From positions 3,720,001 to 3,784,000 of the forward strand of contig OX337234.1 in the NCBI GenBank assembly GCA_946965045.2: DNA of 64,000 nucleotides. Direction: 5' to 3'. The notes below the pieces were generated by a model. It did not search any database and was not told the origin of the DNA. It was given only the letters and a program-made list of their open reading frames with translations. Position numbers and translations under genes: made by a program. Source of the DNA: Epithemia pelagica. Taxonomy: Eukaryota > Protista > Bacillariophyta. The stretch's first letter is position 1. Each line of letters begins with the position of its first letter. Shown here piece after piece: positions 40,762 to 51,867 of the stretch.

Positions 40762-41691
40762 CTACTCATAGTCTTGAACGTCGTCATCATTGTCACCACC
40801 ATATCCTTCAGTTGCACGCTCAACCATGCAAGAAATGAGCATGACAAGTGTAGGTAAGGCAGCCCCACTGGGCCCATCCCCATCGAGCTTGTAGAACATG
40901 GGCCGAGACACAACATCACCTTTGATGTCAATCATGTTATTCTCGACCTTCTTCTCTAGGTGGATTGTTAGGTTGGTGGTGACGACTTTACTGTCATCCT
41001 GTTTGAGTTTCTCTTTTGTTTCAACGATGCCAGCAGCTTTGGCACTTGAAGCATTAGAAGCGACGCCACCACCACGATCCAACTGGCCCTCGAAAAGCCG
41101 CTGAGGGTCGAAAAGATACTCGGGCCATTTGTGGACGATCCGAATCTTCATACCACCAGGAGCAATGGAAACTGACATATCCTCCGCCCGTGTTCCCGAT
41201 GGAAGAAGAACGAAGAAGCAAAGGCGAAGATTCTTATCCTTGTCATGCCAATAAGAGTTCATCGTTGGCCAGTAGAGGTCTCCACTGGCATGCATCTTAC
41301 CCTTCTTTGTCCCCCCTGTCTTTGCAGAGCGTGGTGTTTTCATGCTGACACTTGCACCACCAGGAGTGGGAGAACCAAAGAATGCAGTGGCACGACCAGC
41401 TTGACCCATCAATCCACCCCCCGGAGACATAAACCCAACATGCTCTGCCTCTCCACGCCGGGCTCCCGTTGAGAGAGCCACATCCTCAGCAGCTTTCAGG
41501 TTGCGTTGGGCGTTCTTCCACGAGGAGCTGAAGTTCTGGAACTTCAGCACCTCTCCTTCCGAAGCTTCGTAGACTGCCTTGTACTGTTCTCGGGAGGGAT
41601 TAGGAGGCATCTTGCCTTCACTAATCTGCTTGCGAATGTATTCGCCTTGCTCCCCCTTCCAATTAAAAGCCTTTGTAGATTTCTTTGCCAT
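40762..41691 (-). CDS. Transposon accessory ORF A: putative helical DNA-binding N-terminus plus an alpha-crystallin/HSP20-like domain
   Basis: Likely start MAKKS. YWHDKDKNLRLCFFVLLPSGTRAEDMSVSIAPGGMKIRIVHKWP resembles sHSP beta3-beta5 strands; fold assigned by eye only. Confidence 0.7.
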   Translation of the reverse strand: MAKKSTKAFNWKGEQGEYIRKQISEGKMPPNPSREQYKAVYEASEGEVLKFQNFSSSWKNAQRNLKAAEDVALSTGARRGEAEHVGFMSPGGGLMGQAGRATAFFGSPTPGGASVSMKTPRSAKTGGTKKGKMHASGDLYWPTMNSYWHDKDKNLRLCFFVLLPSGTRAEDMSVSIAPGGMKIRIVHKWPEYLFDPQRLFEGQLDRGGGVASNASSAKAAGIVETKEKLKQDDSKVVTTNLTIHLEKKVENNMIDIKGDVVSRPMFYKLDGDGPSGAALPTLVMLISCMVERATEGYGGDNDDDVQDYE

Positions 41692-42072
41692 GTTGTTTGA
41701 TTGTTTGCTGCGTTCCTCTTGCGGTTTGGGAGTCGGCGCTTTGTGAGCCACCAAAGCAACAAAACCACATGAGTCCATCTGGTCCCTCTGGGATCTGGGA
41801 GGCGGAGAGAGGAGAGACCATACTGGGTGGATGGCATAATTCTTCATTCATGGTTCAAGTGAAGACAAGATTGGTCGTTTGAAGGGCATATCATGGGCAG
41901 TGGTATTCGTTTTTGTCTGGACTAGAATATAGACGATAGTTAGCTTGCTGTCATTCAAAGTGTCTGTCTTTCCTACACAAGTTACTATGAGTCATTGTAT
42001 GGCTGTATCTTAGGCGTGTGTTATGGGGAGTAGGGCGATTGGATATTGGATAGTATGAAGGTATTATTACTC

Positions 42073-42996
42073 CTAAGCATAACCAGCAGGCATCGAAAAA
42101 TGTCTGTCATCGTAGTCAACGTCGAAAAGAGTGAGTTCTCCATTTTCGACAGAAAGCTGAACAATCACAGCAACTGCCCGAAACATGGCAGAGTGCTTGT
42201 CCAATGAATGCTTTAAGCATTCTTTGATGCACTTCCATTCCTTTAGGCGCCTGTTGATTGTTTCATGTCTGTTGCGGACGCGCTGTCGTAGCTCCACGTC
42301 CGCTGCTGTCCGCGAGTTCACTTCGGGCGTGAGAATTTTTGTAGGTTCGCCCACATATCCATCATCCGCTTCTGCCTTCTCGTTGTCATGTAGGAAAGAC
42401 TTCATCGCGTGGCGGAAAATTTTAAGATCTGGCCAACGCCCGCAAGGGAAGGGTCCATGCACCCACACAATGTCACGGCTGCGGATGGACAGGCCAATCT
42501 CCCAACGAGTTCCAGGGCCGTTGAACTTGTGCGAAAACCAACCCTTCCAAAAGGGCCGATAACTGGGAACCCTGGTGTCTGTTCCATCCACAGAAACTGT
42601 AGAATCGTTGTAGATGTCATTGTTGAATCGATTTTCCCAGCGAATTACAAGCGGTTCGAGAAACGAAAGCCCACGGACAAAATGCCAGCTCCACTTCCGA
42701 AATGTCTTGGGGTCCACTCTTCCACCATCCTCCCCTCCAGCATCCTTAGCCATATCAGGCTCATCTGCGTAGGTCCGAAGAAGCATGAGAGCCCACAAAA
42801 GATGCTTGGGTTGTGGATTGTTTGGCATCTCATGCTCTCGTGCATCCTCCAAACGAACCCATAGGATGCTGCACATGGATGGCGAGGCCCCAAACTTGTT
42901 GGCCCAGAGACGCCGAAAGGTCTCCGTCTCGGAGATTCTCTTGCGCAAGATGCTTGCTCCCAGTTCCTGAAACAGCTCTGGAGCAATGGCGTTCAT
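42073..42996 (-). CDS. DDE transposase (DDE_Tnp_4-like, Harbinger/ISL2EU/IS5 group)
   Basis: LLWALMLLRTY...KTFRKW helix-turn-helix region; catalytic VSVDGTD, EADDGYVG and RHETINRRLK. Confidence 0.9.
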   Translation of the reverse strand: MNAIAPELFQELGASILRKRISETETFRRLWANKFGASPSMCSILWVRLEDAREHEMPNNPQPKHLLWALMLLRTYADEPDMAKDAGGEDGGRVDPKTFRKWSWHFVRGLSFLEPLVIRWENRFNNDIYNDSTVSVDGTDTRVPSYRPFWKGWFSHKFNGPGTRWEIGLSIRSRDIVWVHGPFPCGRWPDLKIFRHAMKSFLHDNEKAEADDGYVGEPTKILTPEVNSRTAADVELRQRVRNRHETINRRLKEWKCIKECLKHSLDKHSAMFRAVAVIVQLSVENGELTLFDVDYDDRHFSMPAGYA

Positions 42997-43223
42997 CGTC
43001 GTTTTTGTTGGATTGTTGGGAGAATTGTGTGTGAGGCTGAAGACGAATCGTGATATCGTTGATGAGGTAAGACACACTACTTAGAGTACCTACAGTAGAA
43101 CTTATGAATACGTAAGTAGTGTACATCAGTATTCTGTACACCCGATGGATATCCATGGATACCCACGATACTCACAAAATCACAGATTTCCCGTGGAAAC
43201 TGGGAATCCCAACAAGTCGAATT

Positions 43224-43537
43224 TTCCGACGCCATTTTCTCAGGCCTTGAAGGACCTCAGACAAAACCACACCAGGATCTGTTAGACCCCAATGGACCCT
43301 CAAGATCCCCCATGAAACATATGGGATTGGGGCATCGTGGCTCTCAGGATATGCTTGGGAAAGTGTGGATATCAACGCTTTTTTGATGATTTCACGACTT
43401 TCCCAAGCATATCCTGAGAGCCACAATGCCCCAATCCCATATGTCTCTTGGGCGATGTTTAGGGTGCATTGAGGTCTAATGGATGCTGGTATGGCTCTGA
43501 GTGAAAAGCTCCACAGCTCGAGAAAATGGCGTCGGAA
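43224..43537. other. Long imperfect fold-back (314 nt) inside the transposon
   Basis: 18-bp perfect outer stem (43224-43241 / 43520-43537), interrupted middle pairing, and a 48-bp inner stem with one mismatch (43317-43364 / 43397-43444). Confidence 0.92.
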
Positions 43538-44102
43538 TAATGGGAATGGTGGATACCCATGGACATCATGGATATCCACCATTCCCATCGTTTCATAGTT
43601 TTGCCATGGAGGTGCGAGAGCGCCGGCAGAGACCCATGTACAATAATACGCACTACTTCAGAACCATAAAGTGACACATACGAGTAATCCAAATAGTATT
43701 GTACAAATCCGGCCCATCCGGGATCTTTCTGGAATATATATAAAATACAAATATTGCCTTGGGATGGCTTCGTTTTATGCCTCTTGCGATATACTCCGAC
43801 GTCCGTTGACGTGGTGTTCACATACAAATTTTCAATTCTAAGGCTTAAGTCTCGACGCTTTATACCTACGACTAGACACGACCAAGCGGGGTGATTGAGA
43901 TGAAGAAACTACTGTGTGGTTGTGTGGAGCGAACACACTTTGCAACAAAAATGGTGGCGGCATCTCATTTTGTCTCATCTTGTGTTTTCCATTCGGCCAT
44001 TGCGCCTCTACCTTTCGCACGGCTACTATCCATCAATCAAACGCTTTGTCTCGTCTGAAGCTCATTTCTTGCTGATTGTTGGGTTTCTTCTTTGTAAGTG
44101 AA

Positions 44103-45921
44103 ATGCGTTTTCAAGAAGTCTTTGAAACAATGCGTCAGAGGTTTGACAATGGGCTTTGGGATCCTAACTTGTGTTCCAAAGCCCATGTTGAATACTTGTT
44201 TCATGAGAATGGGGGATTTGGAGTCGATTTTGAATCATTTTCCACCCTTTATCGTCGTGCTTGTTGTGAGGAACTCACAACCAAATGGAAGACCACTCGT
44301 GAACGAGAGAGGACTGCTGCTCTTGGAGTTGATGCTCCTCCTCCTCCTCTTGTTGCGAATCCTGTCGCAGGTGTGTTTGATTGTTGGTGTTTTGAGTTGC
44401 ATGCAGCTTTCTCACATCATTGTTGTTTCAGTTGTGCCAGTCAACATGTTTTCGTCCTTTCGTGACAATGTGGAGGAGTCAGACGACGATGAGAGCTATG
44501 ACGATAATGAGGAAGAAGACGACGGGGCGGAACAACAAGACGGCTATGCGGAGCAGGTCTTTGGAAGCACAGGTGGTGCTGGCATGGGGAAAGGCGAGGG
44601 AGGAGGGGATGGCTACGTTGTCCTGGGTGACAGTGCCCCCAATCGTGATGCTTTCCTAGACGAAAAAATGAAGAAGATGTCGATAGCCCCCCAAAAAATG
44701 GTGGCTTTGGTTGATGGGCCAGTATCCCCGTTTCCAGTGATCTTTTCATCTTGGAAAGCCCATGATGGGCAGAAGCGACTCTCGGTCGCAGTGAATCTGC
44801 TTTCGGGGGTGGTGCCAAAGGCAGTCGCCCCCTCTATTACGAAGAACTCAGAGATCCAACTTACTCTGAAGTGGCCAAAGGCAACAACAAGTGTGGCACA
44901 GTTTGTTCCTGTCAAGTTCCTCGCCCAGCTTCACCGGTATGGCCACACAGCTATTGGGCCTCCCCGCAATGCTGAAGAGATGAAGACCTACCCCTTCCAG
45001 ACTGTGCCTGTTGTCTCCAATCTGGTCGTTCAGATGGACAAATGGAAGAAGCGGTCGAATGTGCCCGGGGAGGATATGCGGCCAAGCATGACAATCAACC
45101 TCAGTGCCCCTTGTCAGCTTGACCCGATCCCAGTTGGGAACTCCTTTGATTTGATGGGCCTGGAGGGAGATCGTGTGACGCTGAAGAGCCACGGATACTG
45201 GTGTGGCGCTCTTCTGTTGGAGTGTGAAGGACAACGCAACACCTTCCGTAAGCCTGTGGGGCCAGACCACTACACATTTGTTTGTCGGAGCAACGGAGGA
45301 TGGGCGAGTCAGCAGGATACAGATGAGCTAATGGAGGATGCAAACGAAAGCAACAACAACGCAAACAATCAGCGACCAAAGCGTACGCGCACTACAAACG
45401 CTACATCAACCACAATTGCAGCCAATGATCTCATGCAAGAGAATGAGATGCTGAAGAGTCGCCTCGAAGAGGTGCAATCTGCGCACACCGAGGCCGTGAA
45501 GCAGATGCTCTCGGCCGAGCAGTATGCCGAAAGTTGCAAGAAAGATGTCGAGTTTCTCCGTGCATCTGTAGAACTCAAGAAGCATGCTTTGGAACAAGCC
45601 AAGGCTGAGGCGGAGACACATGCTCGGGCAGCCCAAGAAATGTCAAACGACATTCACACAAAATTCGCTGGGCATGCACGTTCTTGCATGGAGATGGCTC
45701 GGCAAGCTGTAATCAGCACCGAAAAATGTCTGGATGAGGCGAACAAGGATTTGAACTCTCCAGGAGTCACCACTCACGCAAACGCTGCACGAGAATATGT
45801 GAAAAAGACGGTCCAGCTCTATCAGAAGCACTTTGGTGAGGGAACTGCAGTCGTCGGGAACCAGGATCGAAACATGGAGACAGCAACAGCAGTGAGCGAC
45901 TTTGACGACTTTGATAATTAG
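44103..45921 (+). CDS. Transposon accessory ORF C (intron 44371-44431): helical N-domain, acidic linker, alpha-crystallin-like domain, coiled-coil tail
   Basis: A phase-1 GT...AG intron joins MRFQEVF...PVA to VVPVNMF in frame. PFPVIFSSWKAHDGQKRLSVAVNLLSGVVPKAVAPSITKNSEIQLTLKWP resembles ORF A. Confidence 0.7.
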
Positions 45922-46842
45922 GTACCATATAACAATGACTACTAGTTTCTACATTCAATTGATTCTCTAAGAGCTCTTGGTCTTCTCGGTGGAATTGTGA
46001 TGAGGCCGCAAAGCTGTAGACTAGAGGACGATGGAGTCACATAGCGACTCCTTAGGGATGCCCTTGGATAACCATGCACATCTCGTTTTTCCCGTAGCTT
46101 CTAGATCTCACCCCTTATCCTACACGCAACATTCCGAGAGTACTGGCGCCGGGGCAGTCGGTCGACCGTACCCTAGCGGGTAGGCGCGGCAGCTGGAAGA
46201 ATAGACTATTCCCTTTTCCCTTATCCTACACGCAACAGAAAATCTCTGCTTTTCTAGTGTATGGAGTGTGCTCACTTTTCGAATAGTTTGTATTCTCGTT
46301 GGTCCATCGGGTTTTGGAAATGCACAAGGCGACATCTACAAGAAACTCTAGACCTCTTTTGTTAGATATTATTGACTTGAGAGCGGTGCGTGTCGAAAAA
46401 CAACCCTCTAACTACTAGCTAGGACCATAGCAATGATAGGAATCTCTTCTTTTGTTATCGGCGATCCACAAGCGAGCAAAGATACCCACAGAGGAGGACA
46501 TTCAAGTTTCGGATTTGGGGGAGAGTTCTGTTGACAGTTGACAGTTGACACACCCGCAATGGCACAAAAGAGACGGCCATGATTGATGAGTGCAGATTAT
46601 TCTGTACTTCCCATTGTGTATCGGCAGATTGCCCTCACAACAGAGCAAGTTTTGGATTCTGTTGACACTGCGACCTGTGACACCCAACCACATGCTGCGA
46701 TCTGCAGTGTGTGTATTCGATGGTGCCAAGCTGTCTTTCTTCCCAGTGTGTGGTCGGCAGTCGGCAGAGGTGCGCAACAAGTCATTCTCTTCGTGCCCTC
46801 ATAGTTATGGGTGCTGATCCTTTTTCTCTTTCTCTCATCATC

Positions 46843-48102
46843 ATGAAGACGACTCCTGTTGTTGTTGGCAAGATCATGTTCTTGTTCTTGTTGTCGTTGC
46901 TGTCCTTGGGTTGGTATGGACCCAAAACAACATTGGCGGTGGACGCGGACCTCCTCCAAGACGTCCCGGACACGAAATCCACTCATTTGCGTGCTTTGGC
47001 GGAGTTATCTCATGTGCCGGATCGGAACCATGAATCGCAGGACCTCAGTTTGGACGACGAAGCAAAACAGAATCTCCGGGCTCTCGATACTGCGCCTGAT
47101 TGCGAGGGCTTCGACAATAACCATGATTGTAACAACGAACATGGCTGTTCATGGATTAAAGATTCCTGTGTGGATTCTTGCAGCACCTTCAGTGATGAAC
47201 AGGACTGTATCGGCACGGGCTACTGTTTTTTCAGGGGAGATTCCAATTCTTGTATCAGGGCTTGCGACTCCTTCACTGGTTCAACACCATGTCAGGAGAG
47301 ACATGACAACTACTGTTCTTGGGACGAGGATGCCAAAAAGTGCACGGATATTTCATGTGACCTCGTCGCTGATCAGTTCTGTGAAGACAGACTCGATTGT
47401 TTTTGGGACGAAGAAGGCGAAGGTCGACCCACGTGCAAGTTTCGTCTTTGCAATGACCCTATCGTTACACAAGATCAATGTTTGCACCGAGACGACTGTG
47501 TTTGGTTCGAAGATTCCAATGGTGGCGGTTCCTGTGAGGCTCATTGCGAGTACATCACTGATGGAACGCAATGTGTGGGCAGGGAAGACTGTTTTTATAA
47601 TGGAGAGGACTGTTATATTGCTTGCAAGTCCGCTAGGGAAGAAAAGGAATGTAAGGACGAAGCCTGCTGCAAGTGGTCTGAATATTCATGTACGCAGCTT
47701 TCTTGCGGTGAAAGTCGTGTGTCATGTCGCAACACATCGCACTGTTCTTACAAGTTGTATGACACACATACTGATGCAACATATGGAAGTTGTCAATATG
47801 GTTGCAAGTCCATCACTCTGCAACAAGACTGTGCATCCAGATCCGACTGTTATTGGTCACCAGGGGAAGAAACGTGCACGTATACCCCTTGCAGTGGCTT
47901 CTCGGATTCACAGCAATGTCCGGACCCGGACCCGTTAACTAACAAGGCATATTTTTGTCAGTGGCATTACGGAGATGAGAACGGGATTGGTGAATGCAAA
48001 CTCTCTGGATGCCAATATCTAGGATCCGAAGAATGCTTATTGGAAGACGCGTGTGAATGGGATGTGGATGCTTTTTATAAGTGCCAGGATATCAATTCTT
48101 GA
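46843..48102 (+). CDS. Secreted Cys-repeat protein A1 (11 four-Cys repeats)
   Basis: Hydrophobic signal MFLFLLSLLSLGW, two RAL motifs, then 11 units of C-x5-8-C-x5-12-C-x-(W/F/Y)-x4-14-C. Confidence 0.85.
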   Translation: MKTTPVVVGKIMFLFLLSLLSLGWYGPKTTLAVDADLLQDVPDTKSTHLRALAELSHVPDRNHESQDLSLDDEAKQNLRALDTAPDCEGFDNNHDCNNEHGCSWIKDSCVDSCSTFSDEQDCIGTGYCFFRGDSNSCIRACDSFTGSTPCQERHDNYCSWDEDAKKCTDISCDLVADQFCEDRLDCFWDEEGEGRPTCKFRLCNDPIVTQDQCLHRDDCVWFEDSNGGGSCEAHCEYITDGTQCVGREDCFYNGEDCYIACKSAREEKECKDEACCKWSEYSCTQLSCGESRVSCRNTSHCSYKLYDTHTDATYGSCQYGCKSITLQQDCASRSDCYWSPGEETCTYTPCSGFSDSQQCPDPDPLTNKAYFCQWHYGDENGIGECKLSGCQYLGSEECLLEDACEWDVDAFYKCQDINS

Positions 48103-48582
48103 CGATCCACGGGACACGAATCGATCCGCTACACAGTGGATGTAGTATTCAAGCAAGCAACGAACCAATCGAGATCAAACGGGAGCACGAAGCACGAGCC
48201 AATTGGATCCAATGTCAACGTTGATACGACCACCCTATAAGATTACCAATAGGCACCATTGATATCTCCAATCCATCACCGTACTACTCTAGCTAGGAGG
48301 AGAATAGATAGAATGCTTCATAATAGCTAATCTTCTGTTTCCGATATCTGCGATCCAGGGGCGATCCATAATCCTGGAGGATTCTCGTCGTGCTGCTTCT
48401 CTGTGATATCTTTTGCCTGTGCTCCTTTGCAAGAAGACATTGCTCATTGTTTGGGTTGTGGTGGTCCGAGGAGTGTCATTCAAGGACAATATCGTTCTTT
48501 GGTATATGCCTTGTACAGGTCGTTTGTCGAGGAACGAGCGTTTGGGAGTTTGGGCGAGATCTTGCTCCTCTTATTCTACACT

Positions 48583-49116
48583 ATGAAGACGAGGACATGG
48601 GCCACTGCATGGTTTCTCCTTTTGGGATGCTGTGTTATTATACTCTTTGTTGCATTGCGGTTGCAGCTACATGATGCACACACGACATCCAGTATGGTTG
48701 CCTCTCGAGTGTTCCAACAAGCCAGTTACAGAAACGAGGGAAACCGCACGGATGCAATGCCTCTAGCAGAGCCACACGGCAATACTACAACCTTTCAACT
48801 ACGAGGCTTGCAGCAGCAACAACAACAAGAACAAGAACGCTACCCACACAAACTGCACTTGGCGCCACCACATGTGCCCCATCCGAAACTTGTGTTAAAG
48901 ACCAAGGACAATCCCACGGGCACGGATCAATTTTGCAACAGCTACAAAGACGAGGCGACGTGTTTGAATACCAAGGGTCGGTGCGATTGGTTTTCCACCC
49001 AATATTGCGCCATTTCCTGTCAATCCTTTATCAAGGAATCCAGTTGCATCAGTTTGGCTATCACCTGTCGATGGGTGGACGGCCGAGGATGCATTCGCCA
49101 AAAGAGACCACGATGA
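48583..49116 (+). CDS. Small signal/anchor-bearing Cys-repeat protein B1 (two repeats)
   Basis: WFLLLGCCVIILFVAL hydrophobic segment, LRGL, then CNSY...CLNTKGRCDW...C and CQSF...CISLAITCRW...C. Confidence 0.8.
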   Translation: MKTRTWATAWFLLLGCCVIILFVALRLQLHDAHTTSSMVASRVFQQASYRNEGNRTDAMPLAEPHGNTTTFQLRGLQQQQQQEQERYPHKLHLAPPHVPHPKLVLKTKDNPTGTDQFCNSYKDEATCLNTKGRCDWFSTQYCAISCQSFIKESSCISLAITCRWVDGRGCIRQKRPR

Positions 49117-50850
49117 GGATACCATCGCAATGACAACAACAACAACAACAACAATAACAACAACAACAACCACAACGCCTCTCCAGAAAGCTTTGGTTGT
49201 GTCTCCACAATAAAATATCCCATGGTGATGAGCAATGAGGAGGCGAAATGACCGTAGCTAATGTACGCCAAACGATCTATAGAACAAGTGTGTGAAAGGG
49301 ATGGATATGGATTGGTCTAGACAGCCATGGACGGCGACAAGGACCTTTTCAGCGACACGTCGATTGCAAACTCCACCCGAAATGACTAGCAAAAGTCAAG
49401 GACATGATGTACGGAAAGGGTTTGGTCGTTGCCCACCGACGGATGCGACAACAACAACAACAACAGTCCTGCCACTACCACAACCACAACCACACACGAC
49501 AACACGATAATATGATCACAACAACAACCACGACGTGTCACATTTCCCCGCCGTGAGAGGTCGGATTCACCGTCAGGTGGATGCCTTGATTCGATGCAGT
49601 TTCAATGGGACTGAATCGCACGCCTCGTTGCCGCCTTGGTCCAAACGGAAGCGGATCCACTGCAATGTGTCCGCTATTTTGGGCCCTTGACACTCACGCC
49701 GGGTCAGGGGGGGCTTGACGGAGGACGATCTTGCAACGAGTCGAGACCGGTATCCGGCGGTGTTGTTGCCCCAGACGACGAGCCGTCACGGTCACTGGTG
49801 CTTTTTTGTTGATTGATTGATTGATTGACGACGACGACGGATTCCCACTCCCACGACAGATCATACATGTTGCGGGCCGTCTTTGTTCCATGCCGTCTTT
49901 TCGCAAGACTCCATTTTGTCATTGAGGATTCCCAATGGGGCATGACTGAGATTGTCCAGCAGGTATCATCATAGGAGACGTATCCTCGTGTGGTTAAGTC
50001 GTCTCTCAGGGGTTGGTTCCCCGGTTTCGTCCTGATCATGCGTTGTCCATGACGCGGGTGGACTATTGTATGCCTTGGTCCATTCGACTGTACTGGGACG
50101 TAGGATCCGTACCACCATGTCGTCGTCCAACAAAAAACCTTGCACCCTTTGTGGTCTCGTGTCGTCTTGGAACCTCCCACTCCTCTCGTTGTTTATACAC
50201 TGTAACGGCTCGTGTGGTTTGGACGGCGAAGGACACGACTCCAGTGAGAACTACACGGCCACGAGCCAGTTTCGGGCACAACGGGATGCCTTGCGTTTTC
50301 AAGGTCGTTGGGTTCACGGTACATATTGTAGACGGCCCATTCCCTAGTACTGGATGCTAGTCGATGAGTTTCTATGGAGTATGCTCAATTTTAGCTATGT
50401 TTGTTGCCAATCGGGTTTGGGAAACAATACACCAGGCAACATCCCTAGATTGATGGATCTCTTTTTAGTTAGATCGACTTGAGACAATGCGTGCCGGATA
50501 GCAGGGGAGGCAGCGATAGCCCAGTCTTGCAGTTTCTTCCTTTTGCGTCATTCTTTATATCCGCGATCGAACTAGGCGAACAAAGAGACGCACAGTTCCA
50601 ATGGGAGAAGAGCACGGCAGCGATCTCCGCTATTTTATTATTTCAGATTCAAGCTGTTGACACTACCAACGAATACAGCAAAACACGGCCAAGATTGCAG
50701 ACTCTATTTCTGCATCATACTTTCCTTTGTGTGGTCGGCAGAGGGCAGAGGTGTGGGCAACAAAAGTCGTTCTTTGTAAGTTCTTGGTGCAGATCCTCTC
50801 TCTTTCTCTCATCAATAATAAAGACGAGTCCTGTTGGTGTTGGCAAGATC

Positions 50851-51867
50851 ATGTTCTTGTTCTTGGTGTCGTTGCTTTCCTTACAGGGGTGGTATGGGCC
50901 CAGGACAACATTGGCGGTGAATCCTGAACGGCTGGAGCCCAACGACCCGAATCATGACAGGATGAAATTCACTCATTTGCGTGCCGTGGCGGACGTGTCG
51001 TCGTCTCCAGTGCAAGCTGAGAACGACCGGTTGCCGACCATGCCGCGCGCTCTCGATCCGGCGGTGGATTGTAGGACCAACGGTGGAAACGACCCTGACC
51101 TATGCCTTTCATTTCTAGAGTGTCATTGGGTACGTGGTTCCTGTAGGGCTTTTTCTTGCAGATACATCAATACTCGACAAGAGTGTCATGCCAGGGAAGC
51201 CCTGTGTTTTTGGCAAGACGACGCGTGTCAGGATGCCCCGTGCCACATCCTCAATGATGCGCAAGTATGCGCCGACAGAGATGGATGTACCTGGGATGCG
51301 ACTATTGGATGCCGGCTCCCGTGTATCGAACTAGGGTTGGACGAATGCTTGGCCGCCGAATCGTGTCGCAAACAAACGTTCATGTATTTGGGCCCGAAAT
51401 GCGTCAACCAACCATGATTCTTCTTGATGATCCAAAAGCCATGAGTCGATGTACAAAAATGCGTCAACAAACCATGATGATTCTGGATTGATGATCCAAT
51501 ATGGGCCATAATGATTCAATGTCCAACACATTGTGGATGTATCCAACCCACCAAGCAACGAAACAATGGTGTACGCTCGGACGCCACCACTGTTCTTTGA
51601 ATGATCAAGGTCGTGTGTGTCAAGATGGTTGCAAGTTCATCACTGAGTGGGACACATGTGAGGAGCGATCCGACTGTTCTTGGTCATCCTCGGGAGGAGG
51701 AACGTCCTTGCAGTGACATTGGTAGTTCAAAAGGTTGTACAGGACGTTGTACTTGGGATACGGACAGTGGTACATGCGAACCCTCCTCGTGTTACAATCT
51801 CGGGTCATAAGAATGCCCAAAGGAAGACGCGTGTGAATGGGATGGTTTGTTCGAGGATGCTGCTTGA
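50851..51867 (+). pseudogene. Cys-repeat paralogue A2, truncated or decaying
   Basis: N-terminus homologous to A1, with the A1-equivalent ATG replaced. Four repeats, then a stop at 51417; further repeat remnants with frameshifts and a TAA continue to 51867. Confidence 0.7.

Larger units (their letters stand above)
40651..46101. mobile_element. PIF/Harbinger-ISL2EU-type DNA transposon, 5451 bp, three ORFs
   Basis: TIR GAAGCTACGGGAAAAA is perfect for 16 bp and imperfect to about 33 bp at both ends; TAG on both flanks (40648-40650 and 46102-46104); DDE transposase inside. Confidence 0.9.

Noticed and set aside
43172-43588. 138-aa minus-strand ORF in the transposon spacer
   Set aside because: It overlaps the fold-back, has no recognisable motif and is probably incidental.
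46125-46210. GCAACATTCCGAG...CTGGCGCCGG resembling HDV ribozyme sequence
   Set aside because: The P1/P2/P3 pairings and the catalytic C-R-A junction could not be assembled; kept only as a structured-repeat finding.
40577-46237. Conserved-variable-conserved units as a CRISPR-like array
   Set aside because: Only two units, eukaryotic context and no cas-like genes.
49550-50360. Short ORFs between B1 and A2
   Set aside because: No consistent frame or recognisable domain.
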